Assembly (NCBI GenBank): GCA_965227345.1 | Contig: OZ245755.1 | Coordinates: 387,896-451,895, forward strand | Length of the DNA stretch: 64,000 bases | Direction of reading: 5' to 3' | Source: Sphingomonadales bacterium | GTDB lineage: Bacteria > Pseudomonadota > Alphaproteobacteria > Sphingomonadales > G965227345 | Part shown: positions 50,997 through 60,577 of the stretch, one piece after another | How positions within the stretch are numbered: position 1 is the first letter of the stretch | Layout: each line of letters opens with the position of its first letter | The notes under the pieces: model-generated | Seen by the model: the letters and a program-made list of their open reading frames with translations, nothing else | The model's database searches: none | What the model was told of the DNA's origin: nothing | Translations under genes and position numbers: made by a program

Positions 50997-51206
50997 GTGA
51001 TTTTCTCCGATTGTTTTTTATTCACGTTTATGTTCAGCCCGTCGGAACAATTCCGCCAGCCCGTGAACAATGTCACGTGCCAAACAACATGTAGAATCAC
51101 AGATCATCACAATTTATGAGAAGAATATCTCGGAAAGTTGATCAGAACTCACAGATTTTGTGAGTCTCTGACTTCAATACCAGACCAAAAGAAGCTGATA
51201 AAATAT

Positions 51207-51701
51207 TTAGCGTTTGCCGATAAAATCGGCGATACCGTCTCGCTCGTCCTCGTCTATCAGGCCCATCAGGACTTTCCAGAAACCGGCAACAGCATCCGCT
51301 CCCGCTTCGCGGTAAGCACGTGCCATACGCTCACGCTGCGGTGCCGAAAGCTCACGTTCAAGCTCCACACCGGCATCGGTCAAATATAAAAGTCGTTGCC
51401 TTTTATCTGAGGCCCCTACGTCCTGCCTGACAAAGCCTTTGTCAATTAACGCTCCCAGCACACGGGAGAGGCTCTGTTTGGTAATTTGCAGAAGGCTCAG
51501 TAATTCGGAAACCATCATGCCCGGCTTGCGACCGACAAAATGGATCACACGATGGTGCGCCCGACCGAATTGATACCGGGCCAGTATATCGTCCGGATCC
51601 CCGGTAAAATCGCGATACGCGAAGTATAACAGCTCTCGCCCGCGCCGAAGTTCTTCTTCACGCAGATACAAGGAGGGAATAGTTGTTTTTACGTCAGCCA
51701 T
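51207..51701 (-). CDS. MarR-family regulator (PetP-like)
   Basis: LYFAYRDFTGDPD, FGRAHHRVIHFV, ITKQSLSRVL, DKRQRLLYLT; divergent from ilvE. Confidence 0.9.
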   Translation of the reverse strand: MADVKTTIPSLYLREEELRRGRELLYFAYRDFTGDPDDILARYQFGRAHHRVIHFVGRKPGMMVSELLSLLQITKQSLSRVLGALIDKGFVRQDVGASDKRQRLLYLTDAGVELERELSAPQRERMARAYREAGADAVAGFWKVLMGLIDEDERDGIADFIGKR

Positions 51702-51710
51702 GTTGACATA
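51690..51710. promoter_or_regulatory. Palindrome centred on the marR start codon (probable autoregulatory operator)
   Basis: TACGTCAGC-CAT-GTTGACATA. Confidence 0.55.
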
Positions 51711-51846
51711 TATGCCGCAGAATGTTACCCATATCAAGAATATTGAGACATAATCGAACAATACAATACTTTTGTAATTTAGTGATATTACAAAAACTCT
51801 TCTAAATGAAACATATACATAAACTTTATTGCTTACAGGTGCATTT

Positions 51847-52725
51847 ATGAGCGTCCTTCCATTTGATGATCGCGACGGTACAATCTGGTACAATGGCAAA
51901 CTGATTCCCTGGCGCGATGCCAAATTTCACGTTCTTACACATGCGCTTCATTATGCCAGCTGTGTGTTCGAAGGACAACGTGCATACAATGGCAAAATTT
52001 TCAAGCTGACAGAACACAGCGAACGTCTGCACACTTCTGCCAAATATCTGGGCTTTGACATCCCTTATTCTGTCGCTGAAATTGACAAGGCGGCCTATGA
52101 CGTGCTGGCCGCCAATAACCTGACCAACGCATATTTTCGCCCGGTTGCCTGGCGCGGCGCGGAACAGATGGGCGTGGCCGCACAGCAGACAAAGGTCCAT
52201 GTCGCAGTGGCGGCCTGGGAATGGCCGTCCTATTTCACGCCAGAAGCCCGCATGAAGGGTCTGCGACTGGACATTTCTGACTGGAAGCGTCCATCGCCGG
52301 AATGCGCACCGACAAAAAGCAAGGCGGCGGGCCTTTATATGATCTGCACATTGTCAAAACATGCTGCTGACAAGAAGGGTTATGATGACGCACTGATGCT
52401 GGATTATCGTGGTCAGGTTGCCGAGGCAACGGGTGCGAACATCTTCTTCCTGAAGGATGGCAAGTTGCATACCCCCACGCCGGATTGTTTTCTGGATGGT
52501 ATCACGCGCCGTACAGCCATTGAACTGGCGCGCAAACGTGGCGTTGAGGTTGTTGAGCGAGCCATATTCCCAAATGAACTGGAAGGGTTTGAACAGGCCT
52601 TCGTGACCGGCACCGCCGCCGAAGTTACCCCGCTTTCTGAAATCGGACCCTATCGTTTTGAAGTGGGCGATCTGATGAAAACGCTGATGCTCGACTATGA
52701 CAAACTGGTGAAAGGCGAAGCCTGA
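51847..52725 (+). CDS. ilvE: Branched-chain amino acid aminotransferase
   Basis: HALHYASCVFEG, KAAGLY, EATGANIF, LDGITR, TGTAAEVTP. Confidence 0.95.
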   Translation: MSVLPFDDRDGTIWYNGKLIPWRDAKFHVLTHALHYASCVFEGQRAYNGKIFKLTEHSERLHTSAKYLGFDIPYSVAEIDKAAYDVLAANNLTNAYFRPVAWRGAEQMGVAAQQTKVHVAVAAWEWPSYFTPEARMKGLRLDISDWKRPSPECAPTKSKAAGLYMICTLSKHAADKKGYDDALMLDYRGQVAEATGANIFFLKDGKLHTPTPDCFLDGITRRTAIELARKRGVEVVERAIFPNELEGFEQAFVTGTAAEVTPLSEIGPYRFEVGDLMKTLMLDYDKLVKGEA

Positions 52726-52758
52726 TATCGCCAACAGCACAGTAAACTACAAAGGGGC

Positions 52759-53220
52759 TCAACCATTGGGCCCCTTTTCCCATTTCCGGGCTGCCTCTTC
52801 GTCACATTCCTTCGCTTCGACCCATTGATCGCCCCCTGACGCCTGTTCCTTTTTCCAGAACGGTGCCCTGGTCTTCAGCCAATCCATCAGAAAGCTGGCC
52901 GCATCAAACGCGGCCTGACGATGGGCCGATGCGGTGACCACAAGAACAATATTATCTCCCGGCTTCAAAGCCCCAAACCGGTGTATAATCAGGCTGGCCT
53001 GAAGCGGCCATCGTCTTCCCGCTTCATGTTCAATATCTGTCAGCATTTGTTCTGTCATGCCGGGATAATGTTCCAGTGTCATCGTGGATATCTGCCCCCC
53101 GGACGACATGTCACGAACCTTGCCTGTAAAAGTGACCACAGCCCCCACATCCGTCGAACCGGATGTCAGCCGCTCGATCTCATCCCCAATATCAAAGTCT
53201 TCATGCTGAACACGTATCAC
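52759..53220 (-). CDS. moaE: Molybdopterin synthase catalytic subunit
   Basis: GAVVTFTGKVR, LEHYPGM, HRQAAF, MDWLKTRAPFWKKE. Confidence 0.96.
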   Translation of the reverse strand: MIRVQHEDFDIGDEIERLTSGSTDVGAVVTFTGKVRDMSSGGQISTMTLEHYPGMTEQMLTDIEHEAGRRWPLQASLIIHRFGALKPGDNIVLVVTASAHRQAAFDAASFLMDWLKTRAPFWKKEQASGGDQWVEAKECDEEAARKWEKGPNG

Positions 53221-53504
53221 GGCAAGGCCCTTTCCGGCAGATCGGAACCTCCCGTCATAGGTGGAAAGATCGCAATTTCGGTGCTGTCCCCGATCAGGTC
53301 ATCGCCCTTTGCATGCACCTGATCTACTGCCACACGGATCAGGCTCCGGTCAGCCAGTGCAGCCTCGTGTTCCGGGCTGCGGCCTTGCAGCCAGTCCAGC
53401 AAATGGGAAACCGTCTTTATCTCAAGCGGTATCTCGACGGTTTCTTCTTCCCGGCCGACCTTTTCCCGCACCCAGGCAAAATATAACAAGGTAATAGGTC
53501 TCAT
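53217..53504 (-). CDS. moaD: Molybdopterin synthase sulfur carrier with C-terminal extension
   Basis: LYFAWVREKVG, RVAVDQ, EIAIFPPMTGG followed by SDLPERALP. Confidence 0.93.
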   Translation of the reverse strand: MRPITLLYFAWVREKVGREEETVEIPLEIKTVSHLLDWLQGRSPEHEAALADRSLIRVAVDQVHAKGDDLIGDSTEIAIFPPMTGGSDLPERALP

Positions 53505-54052
53505 GTCATATGCTTCAAGCCGGTGCGCAAATAATCATAACCGGTAGTCAAGGTAAGAACCGCCGCCAGCCACAGGCTGACGATGCCGATATCCTCTGCC
53601 GGAATCCAGCCTGGCGAGGCACTGCCAACCAGCAGAAAACTCAACGCAACAACCTGCAAGGTCGTCTTCCACTTTGCCAGCCGGGTCACAGGTACACCGA
53701 CCTTGATCTCGGCCAGAAATTCTCTCAGGCCGGAAACCATGATTTCGCGACACAAAATAACCAGCGCGGCCAGAACCGAGAAGCCACTGATTCGCTCGAA
53801 AGCTACCATCATGATGATGGCGGCGGCAATCAGCAGCTTGTCCGCAACGGGGTCAAGAAACTGCCCCAGTTTGGATTGAAGATTCTGGCTTCGCGCCAGA
53901 TAGCCATCCAGAAAATCTGTAATCCCGGCATAAACGAAAAACGCCAGGGCAAGCCAGTTGCCCAACGGTCCATGAATATAAAATGTGGCCACCAGCGCGG
54001 GAATAATAAGAATTCTGGAAAGAGTTAAAAGGTTGGGTATCTGGATTAGCAT
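53501..54052 (-). CDS. pgsA: CDP-diacylglycerol--glycerol-3-phosphate 3-phosphatidyltransferase
   Basis: PNLLTLSR, TDFLDGYLAR...GQFLDPVADK, REIMVSGLRE, AKWKT. Confidence 0.96.
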   Translation of the reverse strand: MLIQIPNLLTLSRILIIPALVATFYIHGPLGNWLALAFFVYAGITDFLDGYLARSQNLQSKLGQFLDPVADKLLIAAAIIMMVAFERISGFSVLAALVILCREIMVSGLREFLAEIKVGVPVTRLAKWKTTLQVVALSFLLVGSASPGWIPAEDIGIVSLWLAAVLTLTTGYDYLRTGLKHMT

Positions 54053-54163
54053 GGCACAGGTCATCCCGATGGGGTCAAAGGGTCAGGAATCAATCGCTGA
54101 TCCCCTGCCCGCAAGCATTTCGTACTATCACTTCACCGTCAAGTGGAGGTTAATTTATTCTCG

Positions 54164-56071
54164 TCATGAATGGAAATAATCATAAATTTTCCGGGCAAGA
54201 GCAATGCTGATATTCGGCACGGATGCCAGATCTTCGACCCCTGCTGCAGTAACTGCCTGCGCAGAACCAAAATGATTCAGCAGGGCGCGCTTACGTTTTG
54301 CCCCCACACCTGGCAGACCGTCAAGCTTTGATTTTCGAATATCCTGTGAACGCCTGGCCCGGTGGCCGCCGATAACAAATCGATGGGCTTCATCGCGTAG
54401 GCGTTGCAGGAAATAAAGCACCGGGCTGTTTGGCGGCAGTTTGAAGGGCTCCCGTCCCGGCAGATAAAAATCCTCGCGACCGGCATTCCGGTCCGGCCCC
54501 TTGGCAACGCCGACAAGGGCCACGTCTTCAATACCCAGATCAGCAAGAACCCCTTCGACGGCGGATAATTGTCCGGTCCCGCCATCAATCAGCACCAGGT
54601 CAGGCCATTGCCCGGCCGACCTTTCCGGGTCTTCCTTGACCAACCGGGCAAACCGTCGTGTAAATACTTCACGCATCATCCCAAAATCATCGCCGGGCGA
54701 CAGATCCTTGTCCTTGATATTGAACTTGCGATAAGCATTTTTATCAAAGCCTTCCGGCCCGGCAACAATCATTGCACCCAGCGCATTCGTCCCGGAAATA
54801 TGGCTGTTGTCATAAACTTCAATGCGCCCGGGCGGCGCTTCCAGATCAAAGGCGTCAGCAACAGCACTCAGCAATCTGCCCTGAGATGATGCTTCCGCCA
54901 TACGCCGATCCAGCGCGTCTTTTGCATTTCGCACAGCAAGATCGACAATTTTCCGCTTTTCGCCGCGTAGCGGCACCTGCACCCGCACCTTGTGGCCAGC
55001 GGAAATCGTCAGGGCCTCGCCTAAAAGATCCATTTGATCAAAAGCAGCATTTACAAGAACGAGCCTGGGCGGGGGCTTGTTATCATAAAACTGTGAAATA
55101 AAGGGCCCGAGAACAGCATCAGGGCCGTGATCGCGATCATGACGCGGGAAATAGGCCCTGTTGCCCCAGTTCTGTCCGTTGCGAAAGAAAAACACCTGAA
55201 TACATGTCTGGCCACCATTTTGATGTGCTGAAAATACATCAGCGTTCGGCAACATTGCGCTATTTATATCCTGTTTCGACTGTACATGCGCCAATGCCCT
55301 GAGCCGGTCCCGGTAGACCGCCGCCGTTTCAAAATCCAGACCGGCACTGGCTTCTTCCATGAACCGGGACAATTCCTGTTGTATTTTACGGCTCTTCCCA
55401 ATGAGGAATTCTTTTGCCTCCTTGACCAGCGTGTTATAATCAGCGGCTGATATCCGCCCGACACAAGGGGCTGAACAACGCTTGATCTGGTATAACAGGC
55501 AAGGTCGCGAGCGTGATTCAAAGACTGAATCAGAACATGTTCGCAACAGAAAGGCCTTTTGTAGGGCATTCAATGTTTTATTGACCGCACCGGCTGAAGC
55601 AAAAGGGCCAAAATATTCCGTCTTTTTTTCCGAACGGGCCCCGCGATGCTTGCTGAGATGTGCCCATTCATGACGGCGATCAATCTTGATATATGCGAAT
55701 GACTTGTCATCCCGCATCAGCACATTATAAACGGTTTTGTACCGTTTGATCAGATTGGCTTCAAGCAGCAGCGCTTCAACCTCGGTATTTGTGGTCACGA
55801 ATACCATTGATCTGGTTGCAGCCACCATGCGGGCGATCCGTTGAGACAATTGCCGGATCTGGGTGTAACTGCTAACCCGGTTCTTCAGATTCTTGGCCTT
55901 GCCCACATACAGAACAGTCCCGTCCCCGTCCAGCATCCGATAGACACCCGGTGTTGGCGGCAGGGTTTTAAGATACTCACGAATAACGTCAACACCCTGG
56001 AATGCCGACGCCTCCTTGTCAGGATCGTCATCAGGCACGGTCGAATCAGATAGGGTCCTGTCATCACTCAT
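54164..56071 (-). CDS. uvrC: Excinuclease ABC subunit C
   Basis: PGVYRM...[38 protein letters not shown], HhH. Confidence 0.97.
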   Translation of the reverse strand: MSDDRTLSDSTVPDDDPDKEASAFQGVDVIREYLKTLPPTPGVYRMLDGDGTVLYVGKAKNLKNRVSSYTQIRQLSQRIARMVAATRSMVFVTTNTEVEALLLEANLIKRYKTVYNVLMRDDKSFAYIKIDRRHEWAHLSKHRGARSEKKTEYFGPFASAGAVNKTLNALQKAFLLRTCSDSVFESRSRPCLLYQIKRCSAPCVGRISAADYNTLVKEAKEFLIGKSRKIQQELSRFMEEASAGLDFETAAVYRDRLRALAHVQSKQDINSAMLPNADVFSAHQNGGQTCIQVFFFRNGQNWGNRAYFPRHDRDHGPDAVLGPFISQFYDNKPPPRLVLVNAAFDQMDLLGEALTISAGHKVRVQVPLRGEKRKIVDLAVRNAKDALDRRMAEASSQGRLLSAVADAFDLEAPPGRIEVYDNSHISGTNALGAMIVAGPEGFDKNAYRKFNIKDKDLSPGDDFGMMREVFTRRFARLVKEDPERSAGQWPDLVLIDGGTGQLSAVEGVLADLGIEDVALVGVAKGPDRNAGREDFYLPGREPFKLPPNSPVLYFLQRLRDEAHRFVIGGHRARRSQDIRKSKLDGLPGVGAKRKRALLNHFGSAQAVTAAGVEDLASVPNISIALARKIYDYFHS

Positions 56072-56175
56072 CGTTAAAGATCCATCGGGATTATTCCCTG
56101 TGTTCCAAGGCTTCCGGGATATTTCCCGGGAGGCCCGAATCCGGCTTCATATCAGACTCAAACCTGCACGAAATT

Positions 56176-56209
56176 TTATCAAAAATCTATCCACTATTCC
56201 TGTGGATAA
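56176..56209. promoter_or_regulatory. DnaA-box cluster (DARS-like head-to-head arrangement)
   Basis: TTATCAAAA (56176), CTATCCACT (56187), ATTCC spacer, perfect reverse box TGTGGATAA (56201). Confidence 0.7.
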
Positions 56210-56471
56210 CTTGGTGCAAATCTATGATTTAATATGATCTAAGTCGCAGATACCCTAGAGTCACACCTCTTTGATTAAAAATTAGGCATTTTTAATAACT
56301 AATTGAAATATATACATTTTATCAAAGTCAAGTCTTAACATTTCCTTGATTTTAGTCAAAAACGCAAGAATGTCGGTTTTGTGACGTGTTTCATTTTTGC
56401 ATGTGCACAACTCAAGTGTCACATATTCCTCTGATTGCCTGCAACATCAATGCCTTATCATGCATATTTGA

Positions 56472-56885
56472 TTATTCAGAGAAACGTTCTATTTCAACCC
56501 CAACGCTTTCCGCTTCGGCCATGATTTCCAGTTTTTCAACCCGAACTCTGGCGCCTTTGACACGGTGGTCCTGCAGGCACATATCGGCTATTCGCTCGGC
56601 CATGGTTTCCACCAGCTGAATATGCCCTGCCCCCAATATCATTTTGACGCGACGCACAATCTGGTCATAACAAACAATCGACCCGACATCGTTGTCAACA
56701 ACCTCCAGATTTTCCTCAACGGACAGATCAATGTTGATACGGATCGGCTGGGTTTTGCCTTTTTCATGGGCATAGGCCCCAATATTCGCATCCAGCACAA
56801 GGTTGCGAACAAAGACATGTCGGATACTTCTGCTCGCATCCGCAATTTTCAGCGGATGAACATTATTCTGTGGCGGCTTCGTCAT
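56472..56885 (-). CDS. folB: Dihydroneopterin aldolase
   Basis: IGAYAHEK..TQPIRINIDL, YD, HIQLVETMAE, VRVEK, VGVEIER. Confidence 0.92.
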   Translation of the reverse strand: MTKPPQNNVHPLKIADASRSIRHVFVRNLVLDANIGAYAHEKGKTQPIRINIDLSVEENLEVVDNDVGSIVCYDQIVRRVKMILGAGHIQLVETMAERIADMCLQDHRVKGARVRVEKLEIMAEAESVGVEIERFSE

Positions 56886-56915
56886 ATATTGCTATCCCGT
56901 TCCGTTCGTTAGACT

Positions 56916-57692
56916 CTATTCAGGTTGCCCGGCAATATCCGGGGTACGCCAGCTCAGGTGTTGGCCACCATCCAAGGCTATCATTTGCCCCGTCATTGAC
57001 CCTGTTTCAAGAATAAATCTGACAGCGCGACATATTTCGGACGGATCAGCATGTGTTTGCAACGGCAAGGCTTCTACCTGTGCTGAAAAATTCTCCGCTG
57101 TCTGGCGCTTGCTTGGCAAGACCGGTCCCGGTCCTATCGCATTTACCCTGATCTCTGGTGCAAGCGCCTGCGCCATTGTCTGCGTCAAGGTCCACAAGGC
57201 CGCTTTGGAAATGGTGTAAGTCATAAACTCCGGTGTCAGCCGCCATACACGCTGATCGACTATATTGATAATATTTCCTGATTCACCCGGGGGCAACTGA
57301 TCAGCAAAGTGTTGGGAAAGGACAAAGGGCGCCCGCAAATTCACTTCCATATGCAAATCCCAACTCTCGCGGCTCGCTGATTCAATCCTGTCATACTCAA
57401 ATGTCGATGCATTATTGATCAAACACCTCAAGGGCCCCAGCCCGGCGGTTACAGCTCCCACCAATCTCTGCATGTCAGATTCAGCATGCAGATCAGCCTG
57501 AAATGCGGCCGCTTCAACACCCTTGCCCCGGGCTGCCTCGACAACTTCGTTCGCCTCGTCTGCAGAATGATTATAATGTACCGCAATGTTCCAGCCAGCT
57601 TCTGCCAGCCCAAGGGCCAGCTCCCGGCCAATCCGTCGTGCAGCACCTGTTACAAGGACTGTCCCTGCTGATATGACAGAATCGTCAGGCAT
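56916..57692 (-). CDS. SDR oxidoreductase (pteridine reductase/FolM-like)
   Basis: TGAARRIG, VHYNHS, LINNAS, YTISK; upstream of folB. Confidence 0.88.
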   Translation of the reverse strand: MPDDSVISAGTVLVTGAARRIGRELALGLAEAGWNIAVHYNHSADEANEVVEAARGKGVEAAAFQADLHAESDMQRLVGAVTAGLGPLRCLINNASTFEYDRIESASRESWDLHMEVNLRAPFVLSQHFADQLPPGESGNIINIVDQRVWRLTPEFMTYTISKAALWTLTQTMAQALAPEIRVNAIGPGPVLPSKRQTAENFSAQVEALPLQTHADPSEICRAVRFILETGSMTGQMIALDGGQHLSWRTPDIAGQPE

Positions 57693-57697
57693 ACTGA

Positions 57698-58651
57698 TCA
57701 AACCTCCAGCCAGGTCAATATGACCAGATAAACACCATAGCAGGCCAGCAACGCCACCCCTGAAACCATACCAATCGTTGCCCGCTTCATCACGAAGGGC
57801 AGCAGCAGCAATGAACTTCCCGCCATAACCCACAAGTCAATATTCAGAAAGCTGTCCGGCACCGGCACCGGTGCCACCATGGCCGTAACGCCCATGATCC
57901 CCAGAAGATTAAATATGTTGCTACCCACAACATTTCCGACAGCGATACCACCGTGACGATGCACAGCCGCCATAACCGTTGTCACCAGTTCGGGTAAAGA
58001 TGTCCCGATCGCGACAAGTGTCAACCCGATCACGGCTTCAGACACACCAAAGGTTCGGGCAATTGTGACGGATCCGGCAACCAGCGTATCAGCACCAAGA
58101 ACAAGGGCGGCTAGTCCTCCGATCACCAGCAAACACGACAGACCGATACCATAAGGTTTCTCGGGCACGCCTTCCACATCTGATATATCAGCAGGTGCCA
58201 TCCCCGGCTCATTCTTTGCACGCCACAGGGAATATCCAAGAAAAGCGAGCAATCCGGCGAACAATAGCGCGCCCTGCCACCTGTTCAGATCACCCGTGAA
58301 GCACAGCAAAATGAAAAATGCCGTGGCTGCAAGCATGATCAAAACGTTACGCCGCAAGCCGGGCTCCTTGCACACGATCGGGAAAATCAAGGCCGGCACC
58401 CCTATAACGAGAAGAACATTCGCTATATTGCTGCCAACGACATTTCCCAAAGCCAGTGTTGGTGCCCCCACAAGAGCAGCCTGCACCCCGACAAGCAATT
58501 CAGGCGCTGATGTGCCAAAAGCAACAACAGTCAGGCCAATAACCAATGGCGTGACCCCCAGCCTGTAAGCCAGCGAAACAGCGCCCCGCACCAGCACATC
58601 CCCGCCACCAACCAGCAACACGAGACCAACGATCACATAAAGATAAGCCAT
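57698..58651 (-). CDS. Calcium/sodium antiporter (YrbG family)
   Basis: Two alpha repeats GTSAPE / GTSLPE and GNVVGSNI. Confidence 0.93.
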   Translation of the reverse strand: MAYLYVIVGLVLLVGGGDVLVRGAVSLAYRLGVTPLVIGLTVVAFGTSAPELLVGVQAALVGAPTLALGNVVGSNIANVLLVIGVPALIFPIVCKEPGLRRNVLIMLAATAFFILLCFTGDLNRWQGALLFAGLLAFLGYSLWRAKNEPGMAPADISDVEGVPEKPYGIGLSCLLVIGGLAALVLGADTLVAGSVTIARTFGVSEAVIGLTLVAIGTSLPELVTTVMAAVHRHGGIAVGNVVGSNIFNLLGIMGVTAMVAPVPVPDSFLNIDLWVMAGSSLLLLPFVMKRATIGMVSGVALLACYGVYLVILTWLEV

Positions 58652-58810
58652 ATATTAAAAACTCGACAAAACAAGGCCATAAATATTGAGAGAAGGAGTA
58701 CTTCTCGTTGTCACGTGTTATAAAGAGGATCAATGCCTGATGCAAACGAACTGCGTCGGATAAAAGTCCGGTTTGCAGCCCGTCCCACTTCAACTGACCA
58801 GAGAACGCCT

Positions 58811-60577
58811 ATGCATGATTCGGAAATACTCTTGCTGCGGGAAGTCATGATTTTTCTCGCATCCGCCATTTTTATTGTTCTCGTCCTGCATCGGCTCAAG
58901 TGGAACCCGGTCGTCGGTTATCTTGCCGCTGGCGCCCTGATTGGCCCTTATGGCCTGAAGCTGATTTATGACAGTGACAATATCCATCATCTTGCCAATC
59001 TGGGCGTCATCTTCCTGATGTTCACCATAGGACTTGAGCTTTCTTTCAAACGGTTACGCAGCATGCGGGTTGATGTATTTGGCCTCGGCTTGTCACAAGT
59101 CCTTGTCTCCGGCCTGGTCATTGGACTGGCGGTTTATATTTTTACCGGACAGGCATCTCTGGCAGTTGTGCTGGGTTGCGCGCTCGCTCTTTCATCAACG
59201 GCCGTCGTCTTGCAGATGCTGACCGAAAGTGGCGATATTTCAGGGCGCATGGGGCGCAAGGCTTTCGCAGTCCTGCTGTTTCAGGATATAGCCGTCGTAC
59301 CGATACTTTTACTCGTCAGCCTGATGGCAAATAACCAGCCCACAGAAGGCGGTGTTGCCCTGCTTGCGGTACTGAAAGCCGTTGGTGCTATCGTTGTCAT
59401 TATTATTGCCGGGCGGTGGCTTTTAAGGCCGCTTTTTCGTCTGGTCGCCAGCACCCGCAGCCCTGAACTCTTTGCCGCCGCCACACTCCTGACCGTTCTG
59501 GGAATCTCCGTTCTTATAGGTGCTGTTGGCCTTTCCATGGCGCTGGGGGCCTTTCTCGCAGGCCTGTTGCTGGCGGAAACCGAATACCGCCAACAGGTCG
59601 AAGCCGATATCCAACCATTCAAGGGGTTATTACTCGGTCTTTTCTTCATGACAGTGGGTATGGGGCTGGACTGGCATGTGCTGCTTGACCAGTGGGCAAC
59701 TGCATTAGGTATTCTGCTCTGCCTCCTTGTCGGAAAAGCCCTTGTTATTGTGGCCCTGGGGACTGCATTCAAACTGCCACCTGGCATGTCAGCCCGACTG
59801 GGGCTGTCACTTGCCCAAAGCGGTGAATTTGCTTTCGTCATTTTTGGGCTGAGCATGTCCCTGGGCATTTTACCGGGGAATATTAACCAGCTTTTTGTTG
59901 TCATCACAGGGCTAAGCATCGCCCTTACCCCCGGCCTTATATCCCTTGGCCGTCATGCGGAACGCTATCTTGATGGCAAAATGATCGGCGACACTCCCGG
60001 TACGATAAAGGACACTGCTGCCGATCTGGAAGGTCATGTGGTTATCGCTGGGTTTGGCCGGGTTGGACAAGCTATTGCAAGGCTTTTAACCGCGCGGAAA
60101 ATTCCCTACATAGCGCTTGATCTGCAAGCCCAACGTGTCGAAACTGCCCATAAAAAAGGACTTCCTGTCTTTTACGGGAACGCCAGCCGGATTGAAATTC
60201 TGAAGGCCGCCGGTCTGGAACGCGCAACTGCGGCCGTCATTACGCTGGACAATGCACAGGCCGCCGGACGTACTGTAAAGGCCCTGCGTGACTTCTGCCC
60301 CAATCTGGATATTCTGGTCCGTGCCAAGGATATAGAACACAGCAAGGAACTGGAAGCCATGGGGGCAACAAACTCGATTTGCGAAACTCTGGAGGCCAGT
60401 CTTCAACTGGGGGGACAGGTCTTGCGTACTGTCGGAACACCCCCTGAAATTGCCAACCAGATTATTGACGATTTTCGTCAGGATGATTATTTCGCCCTTC
60501 AGAAAAACATTGTTGCCGGCACGGCAGAGGAACCTGCCACATCACGGCATAAAGGCCTCGATAATCCGACAGTCTAA
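58811..60577 (+). CDS. KefB/KefC-type CPA2 K+/H+ antiporter with KTN domain
   Basis: GLELS, LSSTAVV, LLFQD, ALGAFLAG, PFKGLLLGLFF, AGFGRVGQ. Confidence 0.92.
   Translation: MHDSEILLLREVMIFLASAIFIVLVLHRLKWNPVVGYLAAGALIGPYGLKLIYDSDNIHHLANLGVIFLMFTIGLELSFKRLRSMRVDVFGLGLSQVLVSGLVIGLAVYIFTGQASLAVVLGCALALSSTAVVLQMLTESGDISGRMGRKAFAVLLFQDIAVVPILLLVSLMANNQPTEGGVALLAVLKAVGAIVVIIIAGRWLLRPLFRLVASTRSPELFAAATLLTVLGISVLIGAVGLSMALGAFLAGLLLAETEYRQQVEADIQPFKGLLLGLFFMTVGMGLDWHVLLDQWATALGILLCLLVGKALVIVALGTAFKLPPGMSARLGLSLAQSGEFAFVIFGLSMSLGILPGNINQLFVVITGLSIALTPGLISLGRHAERYLDGKMIGDTPGTIKDTAADLEGHVVIAGFGRVGQAIARLLTARKIPYIALDLQAQRVETAHKKGLPVFYGNASRIEILKAAGLERATAAVITLDNAQAAGRTVKALRDFCPNLDILVRAKDIEHSKELEAMGATNSICETLEASLQLGGQVLRTVGTPPEIANQIIDDFRQDDYFALQKNIVAGTAEEPATSRHKGLDNPTV

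Noticed and set aside
51066-51082. sigma54-like TGGCAC upstream of the bufferin precursor
   Set aside because: Minus strand TGGCACGTGACATTGT lacks the GC at -12 (GG-N10-GC not met).
51702-51923. 74-aa N-terminal extension of MarR in the ORF track
   Set aside because: Runs through the AT-rich promoter region and into ilvE; the ATG at 51701 fits the family start.
56346-56359. FNR/FixK-like box TTGAT-TTTA-GTCAA
   Set aside because: One mismatch in a very AT-rich tract, overlaps a CtrA-like site, and has no obvious target promoter.
56072-56471. Region as the chromosomal oriC
   Set aside because: Not excluded but disfavoured: only one perfect DnaA box, no hemE/parAB/dnaA context, and gene orientation does not switch across it. 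Reported as DARS-like instead.
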